In this document: positions 49,601 to 62,222 of the stretch, piece after piece | How positions within the stretch are numbered: the stretch's first letter is position 1 | Layout: the number at the start of each line of letters is the position of its first letter | Source of the DNA: Azolla caroliniana | Lineage: Eukaryota > Plantae > Polypodiophyta | Direction of reading: 5' to 3' | Length of the DNA stretch: 64,000 nt | NCBI GenBank assembly: GCA_043228905.1 | Contig: JBHGNT010000012.1 | Coordinates: 14,632,001 to 14,696,000, forward strand | Position numbers and translations under genes: made by a program | Notes under the pieces: generated by a model | The model's database searches: none | Told to the model about the DNA's origin: nothing | The model's input: only the letters and a program-made list of their open reading frames with translations

Positions 49601-52600
49601 CGCCGTGAAATTTCCATTTCCCTCTCGAACGCTGCCCGTGCTCTGCTTAGTTCTAATATTGCCTTTGGGTTTGGTTCGTAAGCCTCGTCGTGGAGTGTAG
49701 TAGCCGTGGCATATTCCGCCGCGGTTTCGATGACGTCGATTTCGAACAGCGGAATAATCCGAGGGTGCTCATCTAGGTATGCCTCTATTTATGTATCCTC
49801 CACCCCAACCAACATATTTATATCTTCCGCATACAATGGTGTTATGCCCTTTCCTCCGTTGGTACGCGGACCTTGGTGCGTCCGCGTCGAAAACTGATAT
49901 ACACTTGTCTTGCCAGCTCTGTTTGATATTCGCTAAATGAAGCCACAGTCTACCTAGCATCATAGGGTACGCCCCTGGGGCGTCCAGGGCGAGGACAACC
50001 ACCGAGATGTCAAAGTGATGTCCGCCCACGATAATGCCTACCTTGCGTATCAACCCCAATGGTTGTATTGAGCGGGTATCTGCCATGCGGAGCCAGAACG
50101 GTCAAGCCTCCCATTCTGAAATTCCCAATTGTTTGCATGTCTTCGCGTTTATTACATTAACGCCCGAGCCGCCATCAATTATGCATCCTGTGATTTCCTG
50201 GCCGTGCAATATCAACTTAATAGCTGGGTTGTGGTGATCTACTACTGACGGTCCGTCGCTAATGTCCGTGAAATTCGTGGTGACGCTTGCCCCAGGTCTG
50301 CCCGTCACCCGCTCTTCCACGGCCTGGCGGAATCGTGGGACTAGTTGCAACAGCTTCTCCATGGTTAACGTTATCTTGTAGGCTGCCAGTGCTTGCCAAA
50401 TGGGGTCCGGGGATGGTACCTCGTCGTCCAACAGCTCCCCCGTGGTTGTGGATTCCTTCTGCATGCGCTCCGTATTTGCCGTGTTTGCTTTTTCAACCCA
50501 TGCCTGGGTTGTTCGCCGTATCTCATCTTGCGCTGCCCAATCAACCATTTTTGTTTGTTGACGGGTCGTGACTTGCTGCACTTCCGCCGTAATCATATTG
50601 AAGGCGGGCCCCTTGCCCTTGTGTACTGGGCATTGTGTGGCATAATGGCCGGGCTGTTGACAAACAAAACAATGGATGCTAGATTCGCCCTTCTCAGCCC
50701 CTAGTGGTGTGTGCCGATCCCTCGGTGTGACTTGCTCTTCCCGGTCCTGCTTTGTTTGTCGGAGGGTACGCGATGATTGTTGTTGGTCCTGGCGTGGTTC
50801 CTGGTGCCGGTCATCGTCCGAGCTTTCGTCATATCGTCGGTGGTCCCGATATTGCCGATGCTTTCGACGAGGTTCATTGAAGCCGCCACATTTGTTTGTC
50901 AGACGGTAATTCTCATAGCGCCGACCCCCCTTTATTATATTTGGCCACGGTAGTCGTCATCCTCCGGCTCGTCTTCCTTGGAATCGTTGTGATTCCGGCA
51001 ATTACGGTAGTGCCAGTCGTTGGGTGGATTGCGATCCAGATACCGTGGTCGGTCTTCCTGCCTTCTTTGTTCATTACGGCATGGGGGACGCTCCGTGTCT
51101 ACGCTGTGTACTGTGGGTGTTGCTCTGTTCAACATATTGTACTCGCATTGCTCAACGGTGTGAGCTTTTGAGTGACATATTGGACAGTGGATTTTCATGT
51201 TGCACTCCATTGCCGAATGCCCCACATTCAAACAAATCGTGCACTAAATCGCTTGACGAAAATTTCATTCCTCGTCCTGAGGTAATGCGTGCCGTAATGA
51301 GGACATGGAAAACCTTTCCTCTTCTTCATCCAGCTCAAGCTGTAGTGCTCTTTCTATGACCATAGCGGTTGTTTCCCCTTTCACGCTATTGTTGTTGAGT
51401 GTTGTCCGTATGGGTCGGTGTAATGCTGCCAGAAATGTCTCCTTGGCCTCGTCCTCCATTGGGCCCCGTTCAAATTTTCGCCGTAGATTCTAGAAACGTA
51501 AGCTGAAATCCGCGATCGTCTCTGTCGGCAGCTGCTTAATTGTGTAGAATTGGCCGAGGATCTCGTGTTGTGGCACCCTCTGATGACAGAACCGCAAAAA
51601 GGCGGACTGCAACTAGTCGAAGGTCGTGATTGCTGACAGATCCATTTGCGAATGCCAAAATGCCGCTCTTCCATCCAATGTTAAGCGAAACTCCGTCATT
51701 TGGGACTGGTGCGGTACTCCCTCAGAAAGGCTCTACGCCATGTGGTTTGCATTCGAGACATTGAGGAACAGGTGTATGTGGGTTGCGGCATCGGTTTCGC
51801 TGTTAAAGCAGGGATAGGCAAAGGCCATGCTGGGTGCTACGGCGGGCAGGGCAAGACCACAATGTTGTTGTGGTGAGCGCTCTTCCCGCGTATCGCCGAG
51901 ATATTTGGAGAGCGAGAAGTCGCCTTTGTGGTCCTGGCAGGTAGTACTGAGGTCGCTGAGGCGAGGCTTTTGCCGTGTGCGTTCCTCTGCCTGGCGTGTA
52001 ATGGCCAGTCTTGTCGTGCTGGTTCTCTGGGGCGTCTGCAGCTAAACATCCATCCGTCGTTGTTCGTCTAAGCGTGCCAAAAGTGTTACCAACTAGGAAC
52101 ATGGTCTACGGTCAGTCCTTCGACCTAGACCTCCAAGTGACTGTGTGACAATGAATGGTAGCGTCTGTGCGTAATACTTAGGGGGATATTCCCCGTAACC
52201 TAGCAGCTTATAAGGGAAACAGCTACAACCGAGCTCCTTTGACAGTGGGCTAGCACACACACTGTTACTTACTCCTACGCTCTCAAGTATTCCAAACACA
52301 CAGTAGATTAGCCGTAGCTACACACATATATAAGACAAGATAGAATTCTATTACGATACGCCTCTTACATTCAAAATTACACTCTATCAGAGGATTTCTG
52401 CCCTTTATATACGCAGGGTCTTTTAGCCGTTCATGCTTCCCGCGTGAATTGTTACATGCGTTACAAAATTATTCTATTCCATATTACTACGCTCTTGATC
52501 ATCGGTTACTATTCCAACGGACAACATCTTCATATTGACGATGGAAGTCTTCAAGAAGAGCACGAGCATTGGTCACATTCTCTATCGGTTCCCAAGTATG

Positions 52601-53773
52601 CTCGCTGGGACTATATCCTAGCCAATCGACTAGATAGTAGAGCTTGTTGTGAACAATCATGGAATAAAGGATGGCGGCAAACTCGTACTCAGGTCCATCT
52701 TCAAGCTCGATTAGGGGTGGAGGCTGTGTAATACGTCCTAGGATGCTGCTCTCTTGATAGGGTTCGAGGAGAGAACTATGAAACACCGGATGTATTCGAA
52801 GTTGTGGAGGTAGATCGAGACAAAAAGAGACATCATTAATCTTTCCTATAATACGGAAAGGACCTAATCGCCGATAATCCAACTTCTCGCATGGGCGAGT
52901 AGTCTTGATGTGTCGTAAGAGTAGCCATACCCGATCTCCAATGTTAAAACTAGATGGGAGTCGATGACGATCCGCATAAACCTTGTGTGTTTGTTGAGCT
53001 TGTTGGAGATGAGTAGATAAATCCGCTTGTATCTTGCTTAACCTCTCCAAACGATCCTCTGCGCAAGGATTTGTGGACACCTCTGGGGTTTCAAGTACAC
53101 ACCACCGGGGGTGACAGCCTGTATAAGCATAAAATGGCGTAACTTTAGTCGATGCGTGGATAGAGTTATTATAGGAAAATTCGGCGAAGTGGAGAATATC
53201 TACCCAATCATCCTGATGATAGCTTAGAAAGAAACGAAGATACTACTCCAGCTTTTGATTTGTTTTTTCTGCCTGGCCATTGGTTTGTGGGTGGTAGCCG
53301 GAGGAGAGGTTACAAGTGACCTTGAGCATTTAAATAAGGTGTGTAAAAGAATACGTGTGGAGAAGCAATAGCAAACCAAACACATAAAACGCAGGTTTAA
53401 TGAAGAGCTTAGAATATACACAGTACGTGGGAGAGACCGAGAATGAGCAGAATGATAATAATCTATTACCAACAATAATAGTTCTCTTTGTACATAGAAT
53501 GTGCTCAACATCACTATTTATACAAGTCCTAAGAGGACTGACAGAAGTATCTCGTACTTCAATGCTCACTCGAGCGGCTGACACTAACTCTGAGACTATT
53601 AACTACCTAGTAGTCTAGGCTACTACTAGGCTTCCGGTTACTGGTTGATCCAGCTAACTGGCTCCCCAGCTCACCGGCTCACCGATCCGGCTCAGGCTTT
53701 TTTGCCGATCCGGATCCGGTTGAGCTTGCTGCTCAACACTCCCCCTCAAGCTCAACTTGAGGTCGGATCGTAG

Positions 53774-54331
53774 TGTTACCGGTTGGCATTCTGGACATTT
53801 TGGACGAAGCGTAAAAGGGCCGGATAATGGGTTCGACGTACAAGGTACTGTCCCACGGGCGTGCCATGTGTTACCGGCTCACAAGAAGGCTTAAGGAGGT
53901 CCAAACTAGAGTGTGAAAGGAATTTAGTTTATTCGGGAACTGTTGTAATTAGTAGTCTTAAAATATATAGTAATATATGAGAAGATGTGGACGGATGGAC
54001 CGAAATCGGTATGCCGATCTGGATCCGGACCGATCCCGAAAAGGTGCCGGTTGGCACCGTTTTGTATTTCGCACCGGAGATCTATATAAAGGCCCGATTA
54101 CAATGTAATCGAGAGTGGATAATTAATAGAACTTATTGCCTTAATCTTTCAGTATTGATTACCTGTTCTGTACTCATTGTTATATCTTACGCGTGTTAAT
54201 GATATGTGTTAAGTAATCGATTAAGGTCTAATTAAGCGTTGTGGTGTAAGTCATCTTGCCGTAACACCCTTTGGTGTAGTGTCTTAAGTGGGCACCCTAT
54301 GTTAGGCTGTTGTCCGGCCCTAGGATTAACA
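53774..54331 (+). mobile_element. Solo LTR of an unidentified family
   Basis: Termini TGTTA...TAACA, perfect 5-bp TSD CGTAG, TATATAAA at ~54083. Confidence 0.85.
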
Positions 54332-56501
54332 CGTAGTGTCAGTCTCCATGACAGACGGTCCTTCCACATGGCTTCTTTTGGCGTCACTCTGCCTCGCTTG
54401 CGTTCCTCGTCCGGTCCGGTCCCGTTTGCCACAACCCCTCTAGTTCTGCGCACCTCGACCTCCTCGGTCAACTTGTCTGTTCAACAGGCCCAATTCAGTT
54501 CCCTCGCTGTTGTGACTTCGGGGCTTGCCGATTCGTTGATTCCTTCGTGTTGACGTCGACTTTCGCTACCTTCTCGGCCTCTTGGCCTTGAATTGATCCG
54601 GTTCTTCCGAATCCGTCTGTTGAACCGAATCGTCTGTCTCCGATTCGTTCCAGCTCTTGTTCGAGTCAGTCGCTCCCGATTCGTCTTTTGGTTCCAGGCC
54701 CTTCACCACATCGGACCATGTCCGGGTCTTAGCCTTCTTATTCTGGTCGACTCTGTCCTTCTTGACTCTGCTTCCGCTGCCGCTTGTTCCGACTTGTTCG
54801 GATGGGACAACTTCCATTGTCGACTTGACTCCTTTCTTCTCCTTGTCTCTCCCCTTGTCGGTTCTTCCCTTACCGACGCAATCGACAGTCTCTTTGCCTT
54901 TGCCCATTCCGGTGTCTTTTCCCGTTCTCCCCCTCAAGTGTGGCTTGTCGAGATGCTGAACACCAAGCATTTTGGTGAAGTGTTGCAACTTGTCCAATCC
55001 GAGCAGTTTGGTGAAGATGTCGGGAACTTGCCCGAATTTCGACTTGACCGCTCATGACACGCTCACGCACGAAGTGGTAGTGCACTTCTATGTACTTTGT
55101 GCGAGCATGGAATACGAGGTTCTTGGCGACCTGCATGCTGCTTATGTTGTCACAGTAGATCAGGATCGGGGTCGGCACCTCGATCTGCAGGTCTTGCAGC
55201 CAAATGGCTTCACAGGTGGCAACAATAGCGCCCCAATACTCAGTCTCAATGCTCGAAAGGGCCGTTGTTGGCTGCTTTTTGCTGCTCCACGCAACAACCG
55301 CGCTACCAAGGGAAAACATATATCAGGAGGTGAATCGGCGATCCGATGCATCGCCGGCCCAGTGGGCATCGATGTAGTTGACTAGCTTTTCGGTTATACC
55401 ATGCCGGTATAACAGTCCCCGGTCCTTCGAGCCGCTCACATATCGTAAAATTCGATGCACGCAGAGAAGGTGCTCCACGGTCGGGTTCTACATGAATTAG
55501 CTAATCACTCTGATCGGGTAACTGAGGTTAGGATGAGTGATCGTCAAGTATATCAGGCTTCAGATGATTTTTCGGAACCGTTTCACATCGTAGGCCGGTT
55601 CGGAGTCAGACGGAGCTTCCGGTTCCGGTCCAGGGGTGTGGAGATCGGTCGGCATTCCGTCATGCTGAACTTGTATAACATATTCAACACATAGTGTCTT
55701 TGTGAGAGCAATATGTCGTCGGGGGTTCGGATCACCTTGATCCCAAGGAAATAGTGAAGGTCCCGTAGGTCCTTCATCTCAAATGCGTCCGACAGCTGGG
55801 ACTTAACTCAGCCGATTTCATCGAGTCTAGGGCCGGTGATGACTAGATCATCAACATATAGCAAGATGCAAACCGGACCGTTCAGACCTTTCCAAATGAA
55901 CAACGAAGAGTCAGACTTGGAGGCCACAAACCCCATCTTACACAAATGTGCGTGATCTTCACATTCCAAGCTCGGGGGGCTTGCTTCAGGCAATAGAGTG
56001 ACTTCTTCAGTCGGCATACCACCGACTTGTTCATCTCTGTCTGGAAGCCGGGAGGTTGGGTCATAAAGACCTCTTCTTCAAGATCGCCTTGAAGAAATGC
56101 ATTCTTCACGTCCATCTGGTGAAGATGCCACCCCCTTACCGCAGCAACCGCTAGCATCACACGAACCGTCGTCATATTTGCTACCGGAGCGAAGGTCTAA
56201 TCGTAATCGATTTCGTGGGTCTGCGCGTATCCCTTCGCCACTAACCGGGCCTTGTACCGGTTAACCGAACTGTCGGCATTGTACTTTAACTTGTACACCC
56301 ACTTACATCCGATCGGTTTACACTGTCGGGGAGGGTCAATTAGGTCCCATGTGTCGTTGGCATCAAATGCCTGCATTTCTTCCTCCATAGCGGCACGCCA
56401 ACTTGCGTCCTTTGCCGCTTCTGCGTAGCTCTCCGGCTCACCCACTTCCGCCACCTTGGTCATGTACGCATAGTGATGCGCCATGTACTCATTGTACCAG
56501 T

Positions 56502-57237
56502 TGTCGTGCGTTTCGGCTTCGGATCGTTGTGTGAGTCGGGCGGGAACCACGGAGGTTTTGGACTAGAAGAAAAGAAAATTCTGAGGCAATCAAGAATATG
56601 AAATATATTGTAAGAAAGAAAGATATGAAAAACTCGTGAATCCCACGAGTATAGTGTATTAGTGAGTACTTAGATTTAAGAGAGAAAAATAGTTAGCAAA
56701 TTCGTGAATCCCACGAATATATTATATTAATCAACCCTTGTAAAATAATCAACAACCTTATACATATTTCTCTTCTCCTTATATAAGGATGGGAGAGGCT
56801 AAGCATGGCTTCCTGCTTTCCCTAAAAGTGTTCATGCACACTAAATGTGCATGTGATGCTTTTTCTTTTCAACCTTGCTTTTATTTGCTAAATATAGTAC
56901 TCATGCACGCTAGATGTGCATGAGTAATATTTTATTGGTTTACAGTTTTCTTTATAAATAAAGTATTCACGTACTCTAAAAATGCATGACTTACCTTTTT
57001 AACAAAGGTAGGCGTAAATAAAGGTCTTATAGGTATTAAATCTATATTTAGAACATTAAGGATAAGTTAGTACAATGGTAAGCATGGGGTTTGTCTACGT
57101 GGAGGTATAGGGTTCGAATCTTGCCTTATGCATGTAATAAATATTTTTTTTAATATTTTATTTTATTTATTATATGTACTTTAAATCGGATGTAGTATTT
57201 TATATATTTCACGTATTGTGTGATTCACACTACGACA
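56502..57237 (-). mobile_element. Solo LTR related to the element G LTR
   Basis: The reverse complement matches both termini and the body of the G LTR. Flanks CAGT/CCGT form a 4-bp TSD with one mismatch. It interrupts the Copia NRYG|YNEY codons. Confidence 0.88.
57061..57151 (+). promoter_or_regulatory. tRNA-like Pol III cassette in the solo LTR, antisense to the LTR
   Basis: A box TAGTACAATGG (57068), B box GGTTCGAATC (57111), and a T run at ~57144-57151. Confidence 0.7.
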
Positions 57238-60200
57238 CCGTACCGGTTCACGGGGTTTTTCTGGCGAGAAGACCGGCGTAATCTACCGTTACCTAGTTGG
57301 AGGCCCTTCTTGGCCGGTTCGGACTTTGTTCCCGAAGATCCGCCTTCTTCCATACCGGAGTCGTATTCGCTCCGATCTGACTCAACCTTGCCGGTTTTGT
57401 ATTCCGACATCTTCTTTTTGCGGTGAACCGTCTCCTTGGTTTCTTGCGCGGGGAGAGCACGACAGAGTCTCTATTACTCACCGGTTCCTCATCCGACTGG
57501 TCATCCCGACTCAACCGCTCAACCGAAATGAGATCAGACTCTCTTCTAGAGTGCCAACGTCTTCATCTTCTAACTGGACCGGTTCAGGTTCACTAGCCTC
57601 ATCCTCCGGTATCGGGTCGGGGTCGGATGTCGGAGCCGGTAAGGCATACCATGGTGCCATCTCATCAAACTCAACATCACGGCTAACTCGGACCTGCTTT
57701 GATCGGGGGTTATAACACTATACCCCTTTTGCTCATGCGAGTAACCGACTAGAATGCATTTCTCCGACTTTGCATCCAACTTCCTCCTCTTCTCATCTGG
57801 CACATGCACATATGCAATGCTACCAAATATCCGAAGGTGTCTCAAATTCGGCTTGTGCCCAAAATACAGATCATGCACGGACACCTTGTCACCGATCTGG
57901 TTTTGGATGTAGACAGCCTTCCGGACCACCTTAGCCCAATAGAAATGGGGCATGCTCTTCTCCTCCAGCATTGCCCTTGCCGCGTCGATAAGCGACCGAT
58001 TCTTCCTTTTGGTCACACCGTTCTGCTCCGGTGTGTATCTACAGCTGAACTCTCTCCGAATTCCTTTTTGTTGTAGATAACTGTGGAATTGGCCGGAAAA
58101 ATATTCTTTTCCGCCATCCGACCGCAGTCACTTGATCTTCCTCTTCGTTTCTCGTTCAATCAGGCTTTGGAGGTTCCGGAAACACTCGAAGACTTCGCTC
58201 TTCCAGTCAATGAGGTAGATCCATGTGTGTCGGTTGTAGTTGTTGATGAAGGAGATGAAATGTCGACTCCCGCCAAGACTCACATTCTGTGCCGGTCCCC
58301 ATACATCTGAATGAATAAGGTCGACCTTGTTACGGATACGGTTTCGTTCGGTGGGGAATGGAAGACGGTGTTGCTTTCCAAGTTGGCAGGCTTCACATAC
58401 ATGGGCCTTCCAGCCACTAAACTTCGGCAAACTGAAAAGAACTTGTTTCGTTTGCAAGTCTTGAAGCCGTCGGTAATTGACGTGGCCGTTCCGCTTGTGC
58501 TAGAGATCAATATCTGATTCAATCTTCTGTCCTTTGGCGAACAACGTGGTGCCGACGTCATTGGTGTTGACGATGAACATCCTCCCTTCTTTGCGCCCTT
58601 GTGCAATAATCTGGCCCTCTTCCTCGATGAAGCACCCAAGGTGCGTAAACCGCACCTGCATCCCTTGGTCAAAAATCTGACCGACTGAAACCAGGTTCTT
58701 CATGATAGTCAGAATGTGTAATACGTTCATCAGATTCCCCCTCTGGCCGATGTGGCTCAAAGGGACTTCTCCGATATGCACGATTGGGTGAGGAGTGGCG
58801 TCTCCAGTTTGGACGACACCCGGTTGTTCCGGTTTCTCCAAGAAAGAGAACCACTCTTTGTGGCTCGTCATGTGATTCGACGCACCAGAATCAACGTACC
58901 ACACTTCCTCCAATTTGGAAGTGGTCTTCTTCATCGAGTTAGTCTCGTGTTTCATCACCAAGGCTGGCCCTTTACCGTTTTTTCCGGTTTTGGATCCTCC
59001 CGATCCTTCTACGTAGTGCGAGTATTGCCGGTTCTCTTTGCCGGCCTTGCCGGATCCGAATCAACGCGCGTCTTCCAGCAGTCGCTTTCTCTGTGGCCCT
59101 TTTTACCACAGTACCAACATTCTGTGTCGGCCTTTGCTTGCTGGCCTCCGGCGTCGCCTTGATTCCCCCTGCTTGTGGAAGGTCTGGAACTTCTATTGGC
59201 ACGTTCTCTATGCCTTCGGTCCTGCTCTTGCCGGCCGTTACCATTGCGAGCAGACCCACCTCGTCCACCACACCCACGGGGCCGATCCGCCTCCGTGTAC
59301 AACATCCATCTGTCGGTGGGTGCACTTGTTGACACAGCGGCATGGTTCTCCCGTGTACACATAGCAGTTCGGAACACTCCGAACTTTGACGGCGTATTCT
59401 CCTGTGTACACATAGCAGTTCCGAACACTCCGAACTTTGACGCCAGTCCCCCGAGACAGATTTGCGCCATCTCGCCTTCCTTGACGTTCACATCGATAAA
59501 GGAGTTGCATATCTCTTTGATCTTCGAGGTGTAATCAATCACCGACAAGTTGCGTTGTTGTAAGTTGCTCAGCTCCTGTCGGAATTGAAGCTTCCTGGCT
59601 GTGGTGCTTGCGGCGAAAATCTTCTTCAAATTTCCCCAAGCATGCTTTGGTGTTTTCACATCCCGAATATAGCTCAGAAACTGTTCGCTCACACAAGACA
59701 CGAAGCAGTACAGTACTCTGCTCGCCGACTGTTCTCACACCGGGAAATCTTTGTGTGTCGATTCAGGTGTTGTGTTATTTGCTCCATCGACATAGCTCCA
59801 GTAAATGTGCCCGAGTAGGTACTGGTGCATTTGGTAGGACCAAGATGCGTAGTTGTTTCTGTCGATCTTCTCGGTAGGAAGCGAGCTAGCCATGCCTCTA
59901 TCCATTTTGTTTCTCCTGTTCTTCTTGGTTGGTTTTCTTTTCAAGCTATGTTGGCTGCAAAGGTTCTCAACCCTCGCGCTCTGATACCATGTAAAAGGAT
60001 ACGTGTGCGGAAGAAATAGAAAACCAAACACAGAAAATACAGGTTTAATGGAGTGCTTAGAATATACACAATACGCGGGAGAGATACAGAATGAGCAGAA
60101 CGTTAATAATCTATTACCAACAATAATAGTTCTCTCTGTACATAGAATGTGCTCAACAACACTATTTATACAAGTCCTAAGAGAACTGACAGAAGTACCG

Positions 60201-60574
60201 CGTACTTCAATGCTCACTTGAGCGTCTGACACTAACTCTGAGACTATTAACTACCTAGTAGTCTAGGCTACTACTAGGCTTCCGGTTACTCTTTGATCCA
60301 GCTAACCGGCTCCCCAACTCATCGGCTCACCGATCCGGCTCATCCTTCCTGATGCTGATCTGGCTTAGGCTTATTGCCGATTCGGATCCGGTTGAGCTTG
60401 CCACTCAACACGGTGCTTCCAAAATTTTGATACAAACTGGGGTCCACGATCACTGATGATACTACTGGCAAGGCCATGATGCCGACATACTTCACGCATG
60501 ATAATTTCGGCGGTTTCTTCACTAGAGATTTCTTTAGTTCATGGCAAGAAATGAGCCATCTTCGTATATCGATC

Positions 60575-61040
60575 TACTACTGTTAGAATCGCATTGAACC
60601 CCTTAGAGATTGGAAGATCTGCGATGAAGTCTAGAGCAATGGATTGCCACGGCTTGCTTGGAATTGGTAATGGTTCTAATAAACCATATGGATGATGCCT
60701 TGGCATTTTCGCTCTGCAACATGTATCACAAGTCCGAACAAAATCTTCGACAAAGTGTTGCATACAGGGCCACCAGAATGATCGTTGTACTAAATCTAAT
60801 GTTTTAATACTACTATTAGAATCGCATTGAACCCCTTAGAGATTGGTAGATCTGCGACGAAGGCTAGAGCAATGGATTGCCACGGCTTGCTTGGAATTGG
60901 TAATGGTTCTAATAAACCATATGGATGATTCCTTGGCATTTTCTCTTTGCAACATGTATCACAAGTGCAAACAAAATCTTCGACAAAGTGTTGCATACAG
61001 GGCCACCAGAATGATCGTTGTACTAAATCTAATGTTTTAG
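60575..61040. repeat. 233-bp tandem duplication inside the element C integrase
   Basis: TTAGAATCGCATTGAACC occurs at 60583 and 60816. The ORF track shows MQHFVEDFV.TCDTCC twice. Confidence 0.9.
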
Positions 61041-62222
61041 TACTACCAAAATGCCCAACTGTATATGTGTCATGACAGTTTTGAGTTACTCAAAGGTGAC
61101 AAGAACCATTATGAACATACAAGAGTTCTTTAAAGAATACTAATCCTTCATGGTATTTGAATTGTCGATAGTCCATACCTGGTGGTTGCGACTGTGAACA
61201 AGATGCTTGAGAGGGATCGATTTGTGCTAGAATGGCTTGGGCGAAAACATCTGTCTTCAAGTCCTCACGTATGGTATCGATATCGTGGGAATCCATGGGC
61301 ATGCCAAAGACCCGTGTTGCTTGTAGTTGTGCCGGTCCTAAGATTACTTGCTTTTGGTTATCAAAAGCTGGCTCGCCAGGACGCGGTGCTAGGTACGAAC
61401 GCCATGATAATGCATCTTCCTTCCCTTGGTGCTTCCCCGGACGATATGTAATTTTGAAGTCGAAATGAGTGAGGAATTGGGCCCACTGAGCTTGACGTCG
61501 ATTTAACACACGAGCGTCCTGAAAGTAGGCAAGGTTTTTGTGGTCACTGAATACGGTGACTTGATGAGAGGATCCCTCTATAAAATGCCTCCATTGCGTA
61601 AAAGAGTCCACTATTGCCAATAGCTCCTTATCATGAATTTTGTACTTGATTTTGGCGGCGTCAAACTTGCGTGAGTGAAAAGCCACAGGATGTAGCTTTT
61701 CATCATTACCTCGTTGTGACAAAATGCTCCCCAATGCGAAATCCAATGTGTCTGCTTCAATGATGAATGGTTTTTCTGGATCAACGTGAGCTAGAATTGG
61801 AGCCGATGTAAATTCCTTCTTAAGATTCTCAAAAGCCATGTCCGCTTCTTCAGACCAAATGAATGATTGTCCCTTCTTAGTAAGTTGTGTAAGAGGCAAA
61901 ACAAGCTTTGAGTAATCCTTTATAAACTTGTGGTAGAAATTTGCAAAGCCTAAAAAGCATTGCACGTCTTGCAATGAACACGGAGTTTGCCACTGTACCA
62001 CTATCTAGACTTTAGCGGGATCCATGGAGATGTCTTCCGCAGAGATGACATAACCCAGAAATTCCACCTGGTTGCACCCGAAACTACATTTTTCCAGCTT
62101 TGCATAAAGACCATGTTCTCGAACTTGTTTTAGTACTAACAATACATGAGAATCATGCTCTTCTTGGGCCTTCGAATAAACCAATAGATCATCCGAATAG
62201 ATGATCAAACAAACATCCAATA

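Larger units (their letters stand above)
38412..52526 (-). mobile_element. Element H: decayed non-chromovirus gypsy (Athila/Phygy-like pol, no extra RNase H) with a 3' extra ORF
   Basis: LTRs at 38412-38860 and 52084-52526, imperfect TSD (TCTGG/TCTTC), PBS-like TGGCACGC at ~52079 (tRNA-Arg-like). Gag knuckles at ~51250-50630, PR IIDGGSG, RT LDGFSGYNQ and FLDD, RH, and INT at 47900-46810. Confidence 0.85.
53342..60410 (-). mobile_element. Copia-3: decayed Copia related to Copia-1, hosting two solo LTRs
   Basis: LTRs at 53342-53738 and 59990-60410, TSD AGGTG/CGGTG, iMet PBS at 59989-59976, PPT at 53739-53750. Gag begins MDRGMASSLPTEK, as in Copia-1. Confidence 0.93.
38126..62222 (-). mobile_element. 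Element C: decayed Tcn1-like chromovirus split by the large gypsy H and by Copia-3
   Basis: Partial 3' LTR at 38126-38347 and PPT at 38348-38363. The C-terminal PDKPGP tail at 38411 continues from the chromodomain at 52527-52700. Integrase runs to 53341 and resumes at 60416 (FWKH|LFKML). RH and RT continue to 62222. Confidence 0.82.

Noticed and set aside
53606-53630. Inverted repeat CCTAGTAGT-N7-ACTACTAGG in the Copia-3 LTRs
   Set aside because: Short, seen in only one family, and with no supporting context.
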